From assembly GCF_030611305.1 (NCBI RefSeq), contig NZ_JAUWQB010000007.1, forward strand, positions 76-64,075: a stretch of 64,000 nt of DNA, in the 5' to 3' direction. Both the position numbers and the translations under genes were made by a program. Under the pieces are notes generated by a model. That model did no database searches. It was not told where the DNA came from and worked only from the letters and a program-made list of their open reading frames with translations. Shown here one piece after another: positions 18,501-25,446 of this stretch. The stretch is from Desulfobacula sp. GTDB lineage: Bacteria > Desulfobacterota > Desulfobacteria > Desulfobacterales > Desulfobacteraceae. Position 1 is the first letter of the stretch. The number at the start of each line of letters is the position of its first letter.

Positions 18501-19762
18501 GATTTGGAAACGAAGGTCAGGTGGATTATACATCTGCCAATGATTTTCTTGGGAAGACTTTGTTTCGTCAGAAACAGCTTCACCCTGAAAGAACTTACAA
18601 AGTCTATGCCTGGACTGCCTGGGGTGGTGTTGGCATGGCAACCAATCCAACCGTGAAAAAAGTGCTGGAGGACAGAGGCATCCAGTTCCTTCCAAAGGAA
18701 CAGGGCGTTAAGTTTTTCATGGCAGATCTCTTAGATAAAACAGACTCTGAAATGGTATTTTCCGGCCTTGATTATTCATTTGACAGGGACGGTCTCTTGG
18801 AAGATCCCGGAGATATTCAATTTCCATTTCTCGATACTCCGGTGGAGAAGACCGATACCGGTATGACGTATTCACGGATACTGGATGTTGAAAGGGATGT
18901 CTTCCTCCATGACCATACCATGGAAGAAGTGCCGCTTTTTCTTGGTGCAACCGGGATTGAAACTATGGCTGAACTCGCTGGTTCACTGTCCGAAGATAAA
19001 GGGCATTTTGTTGAATTGACGAATTTTCAGATTCCCTACGCCATCAAACTCTTAAAGGGGCGGCCAAAGGAGCTTCTGGTTTCAGGAGACAGGAGAAAAG
19101 GTGGGTTGTTTAACTGCAGGATAACATCCCAGTTCAAGAATCCCGACGGCCTTGTCATGGGAGACCCAAAGCTTCACTATGAAGGAAAATACAGGTTTGC
19201 CCGAAAACCATTAAAGGCAAAAAAGATCAAACTGCCGGAATTTAACCCGGTTTCTCATGAAGGTGATCTTGAAACCCTGGTATATGACCCCAAGCGGCTG
19301 TTCATGTTCGGCCTTTTCGCTACCATCACGGATATTAACTCCTTTGACGGTAAAACACTGGTCACAACAGTGGAGGATAAAAGCAAAAAAGAGTTTTTTA
19401 AAGGGGTGAAAGATCCCAATTTTGTAGCAGCCCCCATCCTGGTTGATGCCATGTTCCAGACCGGCGGCCTTCTTGAGTTCTTTACCACCTCAAGGACAGT
19501 TTTGCCCTATAAAATCAAGTCTTTGAAATTTTACAGAGATGTCGAGAAGAACCAAGAATACTTTTGTATTACCGAAAAGGTTGCCTCAGGTGAAGAAACC
19601 AATACCTACAACCTGAAACTGGTTGATAAAAAAGGAAATATTTTTGTTGAGGTGGACAGCTTTGAAATGGTAAAACTCAACCGCCTTGATCCCGAAGACA
19701 GAATTGTTGATTTGGTTGAGTTTGCTTTTTCTAACGAAAAGGAAAATTCAAAGGTCAACTAA
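8624..19762 (+). CDS. single-polypeptide PUFA-synthase-like iterative type I FAS/PKS (ER-ER-KS-KS*-AT-KS-ACP-ACP-KR-DH), 3712 aa
   Basis: Uninterrupted 11.1-kb ORF behind RBS GGAGA. The domain motifs are listed in the sub-features below. Confidence 0.9.
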   Translation: MIRRILNSRLPLMVYNPVKVFDVKYFKEIFNAGALPVFDTECLTHEDILQNALLLSKEKFSFGIRLSAHDSELIRKIKHQQMINLDLLISPLSKDDALADFTNFADTKIVIEIKDININDKIKEVSPHALILKGNEAGGKVSKYSSFVLMQWYLKNYELPIFIHGGVGKYTAAGMFAAGVSGLVMDSQFLMTDEAPVSDNFKKLLAMVDESDSTEITYKTLDSYRVFAKLGTKIVKDLKQQAIEFSDDPNGRQKIYDSIVDNMTAFDKEDTQFIQSLFYLGQDGVFAKDFVKESTSLHEIISSFFKTIGENLNFIDVYDPVTPGSPFAKDQGTKFPLIQGPMANISDNSDFANKVLEQGALPFFAVGSLPEQLADDMLKDGAQKVDVFGAGLVGMEAFNPAVKKHLEMVKEYKVPYALFAGGIPSQVAELEKAGTKTYLHTPSVSMMENALKNGCKRFIFEGGEAGGHVGTLSSMVLWEDAIATLINKNYDLTDLYLVFAGGISTCFASFFISGLTSFLAAKGAKIGIQVGTAYLFADEIVATKSIKSQYQEIIIRENETVVIGKSLGLASRTAPTEFARRMLEDEVLMMKNKGNFDDIKRSFEKRNIGSLLIGAKGFIPDFKNPGPENYTWFEDKEHREKGNFLVGDSLAFFDRSVTIKEIHDKYFEAKSTLYTNINFLEIFSSSKNKINDEIAVVGIGCTLPDADDPDSLWENILNKKYSISQIPKSRFDHDLYYDPDKSAEDKTYTTLAGHIDQFEFEWERFGYAQGKEKRLSRSQKMVLQTAYKAVENAGFLGEDNRLLCDDPARTAVIIATCLSNELGNDLQLKYWYPELVSMMEKTDEYQTLSDNEKEEVKQALMEGIEGENKGYDPVHGMLLNIEASRIARHLGIRGANYVVDAACASSVTALDAATDELLSGEHDQVIVGGVNTNLTPEAFIGFAKMGTLSQVGSFPFDERADGFILGEGSVVFVLKRMKDAIRDKNRILGVINSIGSSSDGKGKAIAAPNPKGQVLSVQRCFENIRPGISPEDIGFIEAHGTSTTIGDQVELETLNSIYKNANAGISSIKSQIGHLLGCAGSAGLLKALLTINKGILPPNGRFETLSKNHDLKGSSLFIVKEPKEWKSEGNTSRKAAVSSYGFGGINYHIVVEQMTENYQAISRNIFIDPSYDFNDDRIVVAGLGVFLPGAKNTEEFWDKLESGQKQLSHIPAVHFDNDAYANLDKNSTYRLPKVKAGMVKEHKFNNLKYRMPPMMVKSIERGQIFGLEAANEALESSGLLDQLSAGNKVGVILGTISGERQSKNIIRVRKQFIGNIIKNCQKLDAKKRNKVSDALVESIRNTIPENNEDTTPGLLSNIISGRIANYFGLNGANYVIDASCASSSIAIRNAARNLKQKDLDFVLAGGVDCNLYPAVLMAFKRLGLLSEGDCNFYDSRADGYVMGEGAAIHLMTTYKKAREYNMEILGEINECAVRSSVPDHLLAPSEQTFVSTINETYYKSGIRKQDINHLDLFAFSNIFGDIVEKQVIEHCFDHEMHCGNIKSQFGYFKAANPAVAMAKLMLMNRKGKILPDFNYNPEHSILNDCKILKPARQMVVKPKGQPFRFAANVNGIGGNHCHMIMSTLPARLERKEEVVEVEFKAAAGDDIVLIDHAYSADNMGKKLRMVALLSGQGAQRSRMMKELFKKDAHIRKVMEKGEQIFIEQRGYSLLDMMFGTDDAINSTQNTQAAVFLSSAAIYSRLSREGFSPDYFIGHSVGEYTALFCSGMLSFGDAMRLIIKRSDLMHEATLKVPGKIMVVFKNEKETEHLIRKAFVSNIYITNKNSEKQTAVSGKAEDIEKFCTFLTQQEIFYKKLNLTGAFHTPLLKETSVKLRAYLDTITFNDTRFGKIISNTTARPYPERHEDVKDLLARQIISPVEFITSIENVYVSGRTHFIEIGPSRLLVNLLKNINIGEYGTAVSVDAKVGEVKSFEECRKYLQDCNSIFEAKPVRVSEPGIIPDMKEELSKIEMSEDFESFKQNNQGLVDQILYKEYQHQKRQSAIDAVERYDFNTNKILISGVSVGLPGKARRVFATDNFDAILNGENFIDSLTVEDQEKIIDKNITKLYKQPDGNARFVQITKAEDVIHLAGQLGYFDLNDEYGIKEQYDISMALGIAAGIEALKDANIPLVMQYKKMKDGKTMIPDGFALPEEMQEDTGVIITSLWPNGETMMSEFEKYFYEKMFLKPYEEFEKIYYYLMEKIKDLSIKEQLTEWFFKAKSRKRSDFGPYKFDRNFLANACPLGSAHLAQIIKAKGPNTLVSSACASTTLAIGIAEDWIRVGRCKRVLVVGGENATSPSQNQWVGSGFLALGAATIKKRVSEAAKPFDEDRNGTILGSGAVGLVVESESCAKKRGMNGQCEILGTHIANSAFHTYNIDVPHMSHEMEKFINKVEKQNGIKKEDYADKLLFMSHETYTPARGGSADAEVTVLETTFADHLDSICISNTKGFTGHTLGAAIEDVVLVKALQKRKAPPIANLQKIPEHFKKLSFSGQEKINSEYGLHLAAGFGSHFAFMFVKRVEENPVEGNVRYQNWIKQITGSEDPELKIIDNTLCAVAGGEALLSLTKETRKVEKPAKVAIPAMLAAPAPVAAVKETPVKVETKPVEETTGGASEGVPAFETVKSIIAEQTGYAADMLENDLDLEADLGIDTVKQVEIFAKIASHFAFSVPDDLKLRDLNTIAKLAEYIVTRVDMPGTETSIPTPVAAQPETQSAPGAQVPSNAIDKVKEVIAEQTGYAADMLENDLDLEADLGIDTVKQVEIFAKIASHFAFSVPDDLKLRDLNTIAKLAEYIQSRAGVVQAPQTEEAADVENDEVPMASDISIPLNKDDEFPDPVSPIKRLIVRVRESQIPELSKKDFKGKKIIVSLDSHGFAKKIIEKIKKKKGEVITIGGKGADFKFDLTDVKATEKRVEEFKEAYPEVNGFIHLAPLDTYFDKKDGKGDSDDSLNTTIKSFFVMIKALFETLDQKENIIGTITFDSVVFPYMEDCGDIHPMFAGLAGLLKTVNKEMPDTTVKVVDFSYKQPKKSIGRIADIFLNELLCDDTRVEVGYKNKKRYVLSMKPSIADKTQQIISENDTLLVTGGAGGITYEIIKKVVENYKVNLIILDINDIYSTDPKYLDKVSTQADLMGILRDDMPGVKPVEIKRALDRLMRVRQSLENIETLESLGVSVEYNCVDVTDFKAVKAAVNKYDRIDGIFHAAGMEMSQFIAKKELWSFELVVDVKVKGMRNLLRAFKDREYKYFFTFSSVTARFGNEGQVDYTSANDFLGKTLFRQKQLHPERTYKVYAWTAWGGVGMATNPTVKKVLEDRGIQFLPKEQGVKFFMADLLDKTDSEMVFSGLDYSFDRDGLLEDPGDIQFPFLDTPVEKTDTGMTYSRILDVERDVFLHDHTMEEVPLFLGATGIETMAELAGSLSEDKGHFVELTNFQIPYAIKLLKGRPKELLVSGDRRKGGLFNCRITSQFKNPDGLVMGDPKLHYEGKYRFARKPLKAKKIKLPEFNPVSHEGDLETLVYDPKRLFMFGLFATITDINSFDGKTLVTTVEDKSKKEFFKGVKDPNFVAAPILVDAMFQTGGLLEFFTTSRTVLPYKIKSLKFYRDVEKNQEYFCITEKVASGEETNTYNLKLVDKKGNIFVEVDSFEMVKLNRLDPEDRIVDLVEFAFSNEKENSKVN
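9600..10640 (+). other. domain: PfaD/FabK-type enoyl reductase (NPD family), copy 2 (approximate bounds)
   Basis: FPLIQGPMANISD..GALPFFAVG; FIFEGGEAGGHVGTLSS. Confidence 0.7.
10703..12085 (+). other. domain: ketosynthase KS1 (C-H-H complete)
   Basis: IAVVGIGCTLPDA; DAACASS (Cys codon 11330-11332); EAHGTSTTIGD; KSQIGHLLGCAG. Confidence 0.85.
12155..13495 (+). other. domain: KS-like / chain-length-factor-like (Cys kept, both His lost)
   Basis: IVVAGLGVFLPGA; DASCASS (Cys codon 12761-12763). LFAFSNIFGD appears instead of xAHGTxT, and KSQFGYFKAA instead of KxxxGH. Confidence 0.7.
13616..14470 (+). other. domain: acyltransferase (AT)
   Basis: LLSGQGAQ; GHSVGEY (Ser codon 13886-13888); AFHTPLL. 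Confidence 0.85.
14785..16305 (+). other. domain: ketosynthase KS3 with enlarged N-terminal half
   Basis: ILISGVSVGLPG; SSACAST (Cys codon 15533-15535); SHETYTP; NTKGFTGHTLGAA. Confidence 0.75.
16619..16806 (+). repeat. ACP-encoding direct repeat, copy 1 (188 nt)
   Basis: Near-identical to 16934-17121, with a handful of mismatches by eye and a period of 315 nt. It encodes ..LEADLGIDTVKQVEIFAKIASHF.. Confidence 0.9.
16934..17121 (+). repeat. ACP-encoding direct repeat, copy 2 (188 nt)
   Basis: See copy 1; it encodes the same peptide. Confidence 0.9.
17330..18780 (+). other. domain: ketoreductase (KR) with structural subdomain (approximate bounds)
   Basis: LLVTGGAGGITYEI (Rossmann fold); FSSVTARFGNEGQVDYTSANDFL. 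Confidence 0.75.
18830..19700 (+). other. domain: PKS-type dehydratase (double hotdog) (approximate bounds)
   Basis: FLHDHTMEEVPLFLGATG resembles LxxHxxxGxxxxP. Confidence 0.65.
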
Positions 19763-19769
19763 ATAAATC

Positions 19770-19807
19770 ATAACACCTCTGTCTGAAATGCGGGGCAGAG
19801 GTGTTAT
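19770..19807 (+). terminator. stem-loop terminator candidate after megasynthase
   Basis: 12-bp perfect stem ATAACACCTCTG / CAGAGGTGTTAT with a 14-nt loop. It is followed by an AT-rich tail (ATATCTTT), not a clean U-run. Confidence 0.5.
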
Positions 19808-19977
19808 ATATCTTTCCGATGCCCTGCCTAATGAACCATACGGTTAATTTGTTTGAATTTTAAAATATCAGGTTTAAAATTTTTTACTTGAAAAAAAGTT
19901 GAAAAAAAGGTTGACTTTTATCTGGTACTCTTATCCACCTGTATTTAATATAAAATGATGAAAAAACGGAATGAAAA

Positions 19978-21762
19978 ATGCCGAAATTAATATCTGAAAA
20001 ACAGATTCTCAAAATCAAATTAGTGAGGAATGTTTTAATCGTATTCCTTTCAATGGCAACGGCACTTTCCATTTATAATATATTTTTTATTTATCCTTCG
20101 CTTACCGAACTGGTCATTGATAACACTAAAAACGATGCGGTACGTGTGGCAAAGCACCTGGCTACAACCTTTATGCCGGAAAGGACTGAACAAAGGCCTT
20201 CCTCTTTTAATGCAGACATGCAGGGTGAAATTAAAAAAATAATTGACGCCTTTGAGCTGAATAAATTACAGGTTTTCTCAAGTACAGGCGAAATTATTTT
20301 TTCTTCAGAACCGGATAATATTGGAAAAGTAAATAAAGAAAAATATTTTCATGAGATCGTAGCCCGGGGAAAAGTTTTTGCAACAGTTGTGAAAAAAGAC
20401 TCCAACTCAATGGAAGGACAGAGATTGACAGCCGATGTGGTGGAGACGTATGTACCTCAAATGCGTGGGAATACTTTTTTGGGCGCATTTGAAATTTATT
20501 ATGACATCACAGATCGGAAGGAAAAATTTGATAACCTCTTATCATTTTCCTCTACGGTCTTATTCATTGTCGTGTTTGGTCTTTTATCTGCAATAGTACT
20601 GGTCTGGCTAAAGGAGAATAAGACCATTAAAGAGCGCAGGCGAGTTGAAAAAGTATTGCTTGAGAGTGAGGAAAAACTGACAGGAATTCTTAATTCGTTT
20701 ACCGATTTTGTCATTCTTGTTGACAGGGACTTGAATATTGTCTGGTCCAACAACACCATGGATGATTTTTTTGGCACAAATTCTTTGGGTAAGAAATACT
20801 ACGATGTTTTTCATTCCCGAAATACACCTTGTACCACATACCATATTGAAAAGTGTTTTCAGGACGGCCGAAGTGTTGAGGATGAGATTGAATGTATAGG
20901 GGCAAATGGCGCCCGAATGGACCTGTGGTACACGGCCTCCGTGACTACCCGCTCTGAGGAGGGTGTTCCAACAACATTGATTGTCGTGTATCGGGATATT
21001 ACCGAGAAAAAGCGGTTGCGGGCAGAAGCTGTCAGGAGTGGTCAACTGGCTTCAATCGGTGAACTTGCGGCCGGTGTTGCACATGAAATCAATAATCCCA
21101 TCAACGGAATTATTAATTGTGCCCAACTGCTTATCGATGAAAGTGAAGAAGGCTGCGAACAGGCCGAGATCTTCCAGCGAATCATCAAGGCCGGCGGCCG
21201 GGTCGCCATGATTGTTCGTAATCTTCTATCCTTTGCCCGGGATACCAAAGATGAGCCGCAGCTGGTCACGCTAAAGAGCCTGCTGTCTGACTGTCTGGAT
21301 TTAACCGAAACGCAGATACGAAAGGAAGGCATAGACCTTAAGGTAGATATTCCGGATAAAATTCCAGAACTCAGGGTGCGAAGTCATCATATTCAGCAAG
21401 TATTTTTAAATATTATCAGCAATGCGAGATATGCTCTCGGCAAAGGTGCCGCTATTGTCCGGAAGAATAAAACAATTGAAATCAAGGGGGAATTGATAGA
21501 TAGTAATACCCATCACTATGTTCGGTTGAATTTTTTTGATAACGGCATTGGTATACCGGCAGATATAATGGATAGAATCTGCGACCCTTTTTTTTCCAGT
21601 AAACCGTCGGGTGAGGGAACAGGTTTAGGATTAAGTATCAGCCATTCTATCATTAAAGATCATGGCGGCAGATTGAATTTTGACAGTGTTGAAGGGGACC
21701 ATACCAATGTAATAATAGACCTGCCGGTTCAAAGTGAGGATGATTTTGAAAAGGAAAAATAG
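19978..21762 (+). CDS. sensor histidine kinase (TM - Cache-like periplasmic domain - TM - PAS - HisKA - HATPase)
   Basis: Two TM segments flank a periplasmic domain of about 150 aa. H-box LAAGVAHEINNPINGI; G-boxes DNGIGIP and GTGLGLSI. Confidence 0.85.
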   Translation: MPKLISEKQILKIKLVRNVLIVFLSMATALSIYNIFFIYPSLTELVIDNTKNDAVRVAKHLATTFMPERTEQRPSSFNADMQGEIKKIIDAFELNKLQVFSSTGEIIFSSEPDNIGKVNKEKYFHEIVARGKVFATVVKKDSNSMEGQRLTADVVETYVPQMRGNTFLGAFEIYYDITDRKEKFDNLLSFSSTVLFIVVFGLLSAIVLVWLKENKTIKERRRVEKVLLESEEKLTGILNSFTDFVILVDRDLNIVWSNNTMDDFFGTNSLGKKYYDVFHSRNTPCTTYHIEKCFQDGRSVEDEIECIGANGARMDLWYTASVTTRSEEGVPTTLIVVYRDITEKKRLRAEAVRSGQLASIGELAAGVAHEINNPINGIINCAQLLIDESEEGCEQAEIFQRIIKAGGRVAMIVRNLLSFARDTKDEPQLVTLKSLLSDCLDLTETQIRKEGIDLKVDIPDKIPELRVRSHHIQQVFLNIISNARYALGKGAAIVRKNKTIEIKGELIDSNTHHYVRLNFFDNGIGIPADIMDRICDPFFSSKPSGEGTGLGLSISHSIIKDHGGRLNFDSVEGDHTNVIIDLPVQSEDDFEKEK

Positions 21763-23473
21763 AATTCTGGTCATTGAGGATGAAGAGATTTTAAGGTTTA
21801 CCTTTAAATCATTCCTTTTGAAAGAAGGGCATGAAGTGATAACTGCCAAAGATTATTCTTCTGCCATAAAGCTCATTTCCGAGCCTGAACCGGACTTGAT
21901 CATCGCCGATATTATCCTGGGAGGTAATACAGGCATCGACATCCTCAGGAAAGTCAAAGAAAAAGGTGTGGAGTGCCCGGTCATCATGATTACCGGACAA
22001 CCCAGCATTGAAACGGCTGCAGAATCCGTCCGTCTGGGTGCCTATGATTACCTGTCCAAACCGGTTGGAAAACAGGACCTGATAAAAATAACAAATCGTG
22101 CCCTTCAATATCATTCAATTATGGCAGAAAAAGACAGAATGGAGGCTGAGAAAGAAAAATACCGTTCTGAGCTGGATACAATTTTTAGGAGTGTTCAAGA
22201 AGGCATCGTCACCGTTGATGAGCAAATGAAAGTGACAAAGGTGAATGACGCATTTGAGCGGATCTGCGGACTGAATGGCAAAAAGATAATTGGCAGACGG
22301 CTGTCTGATGTTTCCGGCCAATGCCGTCAAACATGCTGTCATGTTCTAGAAAAAGTTATACTCACTCAAAAGGGAGTCAAAACCAGTCGGCTTGAATGCC
22401 ACCATCATGACAGGAACAAACAGATCGTTGTCCTGACCGGCTCACCTTTGCGTGACTTGGAAAATAATTTTTCAGGCGCGGCCTTGGTAATCCGGGATGT
22501 AACCAGGGAAAGTGATCTTGAAGGCAGATTAAAGCCCCGTGAAAAATTCATGAATATAATTGGCAGAAGTAAGAAAATGCAGGAATTATATTCCCTTTTG
22601 GAAGATCTGGCCGATTCTGATACAACCATCCTGATCACAGGCGAGAGCGGTACGGGCAAGGAACTGGTTGCTGAAGCGCTCCACTATGGCAGCCACCGGG
22701 CACAAAAGCCCTTTGTTAAAGTTAATTGTTCAGCTCTTGCAGATTCTTTGCTTGAAAGTGAATTGTTCGGCCATATCAAAGGAGCATTTACAGGTGCGGT
22801 AAAAGACCAGCTGGGCCGGTTTGAGATGGCTGACAAAGGAAGTATTCTGCTGGATGAAATCGGTGATATCTCACCCAGATTACAATTAAAGCTGCTCAGA
22901 GTTATACAGGAAAAAGAGTTTGAACGTGTAGGGGAATCAACACCGGTCAAGGTGAATGTGAGGATTATTTCCAGCACAAATCAATTGCTTAAAGAATTGG
23001 TCCGAACGGAAAAGTTCAGAGCAGATCTTTATTATCGCCTCAAGGTAGTGGAAGTAAATCTACCCCCCCTGCGTGAGCGGATCGATGATATAGCATTGCT
23101 GGTCGAACATTTTTGTAAATTGTTTAATAAACGATTCAACAAAGAAATTGGAGACGTCTCCGATGATGTAATTCAGATCTTTTCCGGCTACCCCTGGCCA
23201 GGGAATATCAGAGAACTGGAACATGTACTGGAGCGTGCATTCGTTCTGTGTCATACGGATTTTATTACGGTTGATCATCTTCCTTCGGAAATAAGAACAT
23301 ATCATAAAAAGTTAAATTCTTCTTTTGAAGAGAATTTCGCAGTGGATATCAAGGATATTCTCCAGGCACTTGAAATGACAGGCGGTAATAAAGCCAAGGC
23401 TGCCAGACTACTGGGAATAAACCGCAAAACCATTTACCGCAAGCTGTCCCACCATGATAGTAGCGATCATTAA
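21740..23473 (+). CDS. NtrC-family sigma-54-dependent response regulator (REC-PAS-AAA+-HTH)
   Basis: ILVIEDEE..DLIIADI (REC); GESGTGKE; ESELFGHIKGAFTGA; HTH GGNKAKAARLLGINRKTIYRKL. The start is ambiguous (GTG 21734, ATG 21740 or TTG 21746) and overlaps the kinase stop. Confidence 0.85.
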   Translation: MILKRKNRILVIEDEEILRFTFKSFLLKEGHEVITAKDYSSAIKLISEPEPDLIIADIILGGNTGIDILRKVKEKGVECPVIMITGQPSIETAAESVRLGAYDYLSKPVGKQDLIKITNRALQYHSIMAEKDRMEAEKEKYRSELDTIFRSVQEGIVTVDEQMKVTKVNDAFERICGLNGKKIIGRRLSDVSGQCRQTCCHVLEKVILTQKGVKTSRLECHHHDRNKQIVVLTGSPLRDLENNFSGAALVIRDVTRESDLEGRLKPREKFMNIIGRSKKMQELYSLLEDLADSDTTILITGESGTGKELVAEALHYGSHRAQKPFVKVNCSALADSLLESELFGHIKGAFTGAVKDQLGRFEMADKGSILLDEIGDISPRLQLKLLRVIQEKEFERVGESTPVKVNVRIISSTNQLLKELVRTEKFRADLYYRLKVVEVNLPPLRERIDDIALLVEHFCKLFNKRFNKEIGDVSDDVIQIFSGYPWPGNIRELEHVLERAFVLCHTDFITVDHLPSEIRTYHKKLNSSFEENFAVDIKDILQALEMTGGNKAKAARLLGINRKTIYRKLSHHDSSDH

Positions 23474-23503
23474 AAAAAATCAAAATATAAAGTACAGACC
23501 TGA

Positions 23504-23553
23504 ATGTGGCCTGTCACATTAGCGTGACGTCCCACTAGTGTGACATGCCACAC
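23504..23553. promoter_or_regulatory. pair of dyad-symmetric sites (candidate bEBP upstream activating sequences)
   Basis: ATGTG-gcctgt-CACAT (23504-23519) and GTGTG-acatgc-CACAC (23538-23553), 34 nt centre to centre. They lie about 100-150 nt upstream of the sigma-54 promoter at 23652. Confidence 0.45.
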
Positions 23554-23651
23554 TTCTGCCCAAGTTTTTTTGCCTTTTCTATCCTCTTGTATTCTTTCAT
23601 AACTATTTGAAAAAATAAGAATTATTCTCATGACAAATTTTTAAATCTAAG

Positions 23652-23667
23652 TGGCATGTCTCTTGCT
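23652..23667 (+). promoter_or_regulatory. sigma-54 -24/-12 promoter
   Basis: TGGCAT-gtctc-TTGCT (GG-N10-GC spacing correct), 64 nt upstream of ORF 23731. Confidence 0.7.
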
Positions 23668-23730
23668 AATTAAATTCTATAGCCAAATATTTTATGTACG
23701 TATCGGCGAGTTGATGAACATTAACAGATA

Positions 23731-23961
23731 ATGAAGACCAGCGGGAAAATTATGAAATCTGACGATTCCAGTGTTTCACACCCAGAGAAGAAAAAAAAAT
23801 GTCCTTTTATCGGATCTCCATACAAGGACTGCTATTTTCTCGATATGAGCAGCAACAAGATCGCAATGGCGCTTTTCTATTGCCATAATCATTATACGCA
23901 ATGCGCAATTTATAAAAAGATGAAAACAAAAAAATCTACACAAAAGGATTTGAAGATATGA
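23731..23961 (+). CDS. small Cys-containing protein of unknown function
   Basis: 76-aa ORF with four Cys (CPFIGSPYKDC ... CHNHYTQC). Its stop overlaps the Rieske gene start (ATGA). Confidence 0.4.
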   Translation: MKTSGKIMKSDDSSVSHPEKKKKCPFIGSPYKDCYFLDMSSNKIAMALFYCHNHYTQCAIYKKMKTKKSTQKDLKI

Positions 23962-24413
23962 GCCGAAGAAAATTTTTAAAAACCGCTATTCTCACAGGCT
24001 GCACAGCCTTGGTCACGGGAATTCCGCTGGCTACTTACGTCATCTTACCGTCTTTGAAACAAGAACCTGGTAACTGGATTGATTTTGGATCTGTTGAAGA
24101 TTTGGAACCGGACAATTTTAATATGCTTTCCTATGAGTTCATGGTGAAAGATGGTTGGATAACCCTTCCCCAGAGAGGTTTTGTGTGGGCAAAGGCCGAA
24201 GCAAAACAACAGATTAAAATATTTTCATCAACCTGCTCTCATTTAGCGTGCAACGTGATCTGGCAAAAGGAAACCCGGGAATTTGTATGTCCTTGCCATT
24301 CCGGCCGGTTCGATGCACAAGGACAGCCCATTGCAGGTCCGCCGTCCCGCCCTTTAACTGTTTTGGAACATAAAGTTGCAGACGGCAATTTAATGGTCTT
24401 TATGAAAGTGTAA
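23958..24413 (+). CDS. Rieske [2Fe-2S] protein with Tat signal
   Basis: Twin-arginine signal SRRKFLKTA; cluster boxes CSHLAC and CPCHSGRF. Confidence 0.9.
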   Translation: MSRRKFLKTAILTGCTALVTGIPLATYVILPSLKQEPGNWIDFGSVEDLEPDNFNMLSYEFMVKDGWITLPQRGFVWAKAEAKQQIKIFSSTCSHLACNVIWQKETREFVCPCHSGRFDAQGQPIAGPPSRPLTVLEHKVADGNLMVFMKV

Positions 24414-24445
24414 TATTAACCCGTAATAATAGGAGAACATGAATT

Positions 24446-25432
24446 ATGCGTACTAAATTTGTTATCAGTTTGAGTGTGTGCCTGGCACTTTTTATCGGCA
24501 CACTGCATTTCACTGCCCAGGAAGCCATGGGGGCTTCCAAGCAAGTGCTCATTGCCGCAAAAGTGAAGTCTGCACCGGCAGGATTGGATGATGCCGCCTG
24601 GGGAAAAGCCAGGGGGATCGACGTCCCCTTTGAAGGTAAGGAAGTGTTTGCAGGCCAACATACCAGTGTGGCCACTAAGGCAGTTTATACGAAGGACAAT
24701 ATTTTTTTCCTTTATCAATGGAAAGATGCAAACCAAAGTATCACCAAGGGTGCCTGGCAGTATAAAGATGAAAATTGGATCCACCAAAAAGGTAACGAGG
24801 ATCGGATTTCAATGTTGTTCGAGATTAACCGGATCAACAATTTCGCCACCAAGGGATGTGCAATAGTCTGTCATGTTCCCGACGGTGCAACAAATGCCAA
24901 GGATGGAAAATTTGGTACCCTGACAACTGCTGAAAAAGGTGATTTGTGGCATTGGAAAGCTGCTCGGTCTGATCCGGCAGGCTATGCCGACGATACCTGG
25001 TTGACAAAGATCAGTGAGAAAAAAGGCGGCCGAAAGGGAGATAAAGGAAGCGGCGGTGACAAGAAAAATATAACGGAGGATAAATCCAAACCAAAATATA
25101 TGCTGGCCCAGGGTAAATCTTTGGTCAAAAACGGAATTTTGCTTGCGTCCCACGCCGTGGAGATTACGGATTACTCTGTTTTCAAGGATGGAGATACCAT
25201 TACCTATCGTATGCCTAAAATACCGACAGGCTCTTTTGCTGACATAAAAGCTGATAGCCGTTACGTCAACGGAGAATGGACCGTCATGCTGTCTAGAAAA
25301 CTTGATACCGGAAATCCGGATGATACCGCCTTTAATCCAAAAAGAAAATACAATTTTGCCATGGCGCTTTTTGATAACTCCGGTGATGAAGATTCTTATG
25401 ATTCTGAAGTCATCACCCTTAAATTTAAATAA
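24446..25432 (+). CDS. secreted EB_dh-like (ethylbenzene dehydrogenase gamma / cytochrome c-552-like) heme-binding domain protein, copy 1
   Basis: Signal peptide; GDLWHWKAARSDP and FAMALFDNSGDE blocks typical of this family as I recall it; CAIVCH (CX3CH). Confidence 0.6.
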   Translation: MRTKFVISLSVCLALFIGTLHFTAQEAMGASKQVLIAAKVKSAPAGLDDAAWGKARGIDVPFEGKEVFAGQHTSVATKAVYTKDNIFFLYQWKDANQSITKGAWQYKDENWIHQKGNEDRISMLFEINRINNFATKGCAIVCHVPDGATNAKDGKFGTLTTAEKGDLWHWKAARSDPAGYADDTWLTKISEKKGGRKGDKGSGGDKKNITEDKSKPKYMLAQGKSLVKNGILLASHAVEITDYSVFKDGDTITYRMPKIPTGSFADIKADSRYVNGEWTVMLSRKLDTGNPDDTAFNPKRKYNFAMALFDNSGDEDSYDSEVITLKFK

Positions 25433-25446
25433 TAGATATTTTCAAG

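Noticed and set aside
19887-19915. Short direct repeat TTGAAAAAAAG x2 followed by TTGACT upstream of the kinase gene, as a promoter/operator
   Set aside because: No convincing -10 element lies at the proper spacing, and the low-complexity A-runs are common in this AT-rich spacer.
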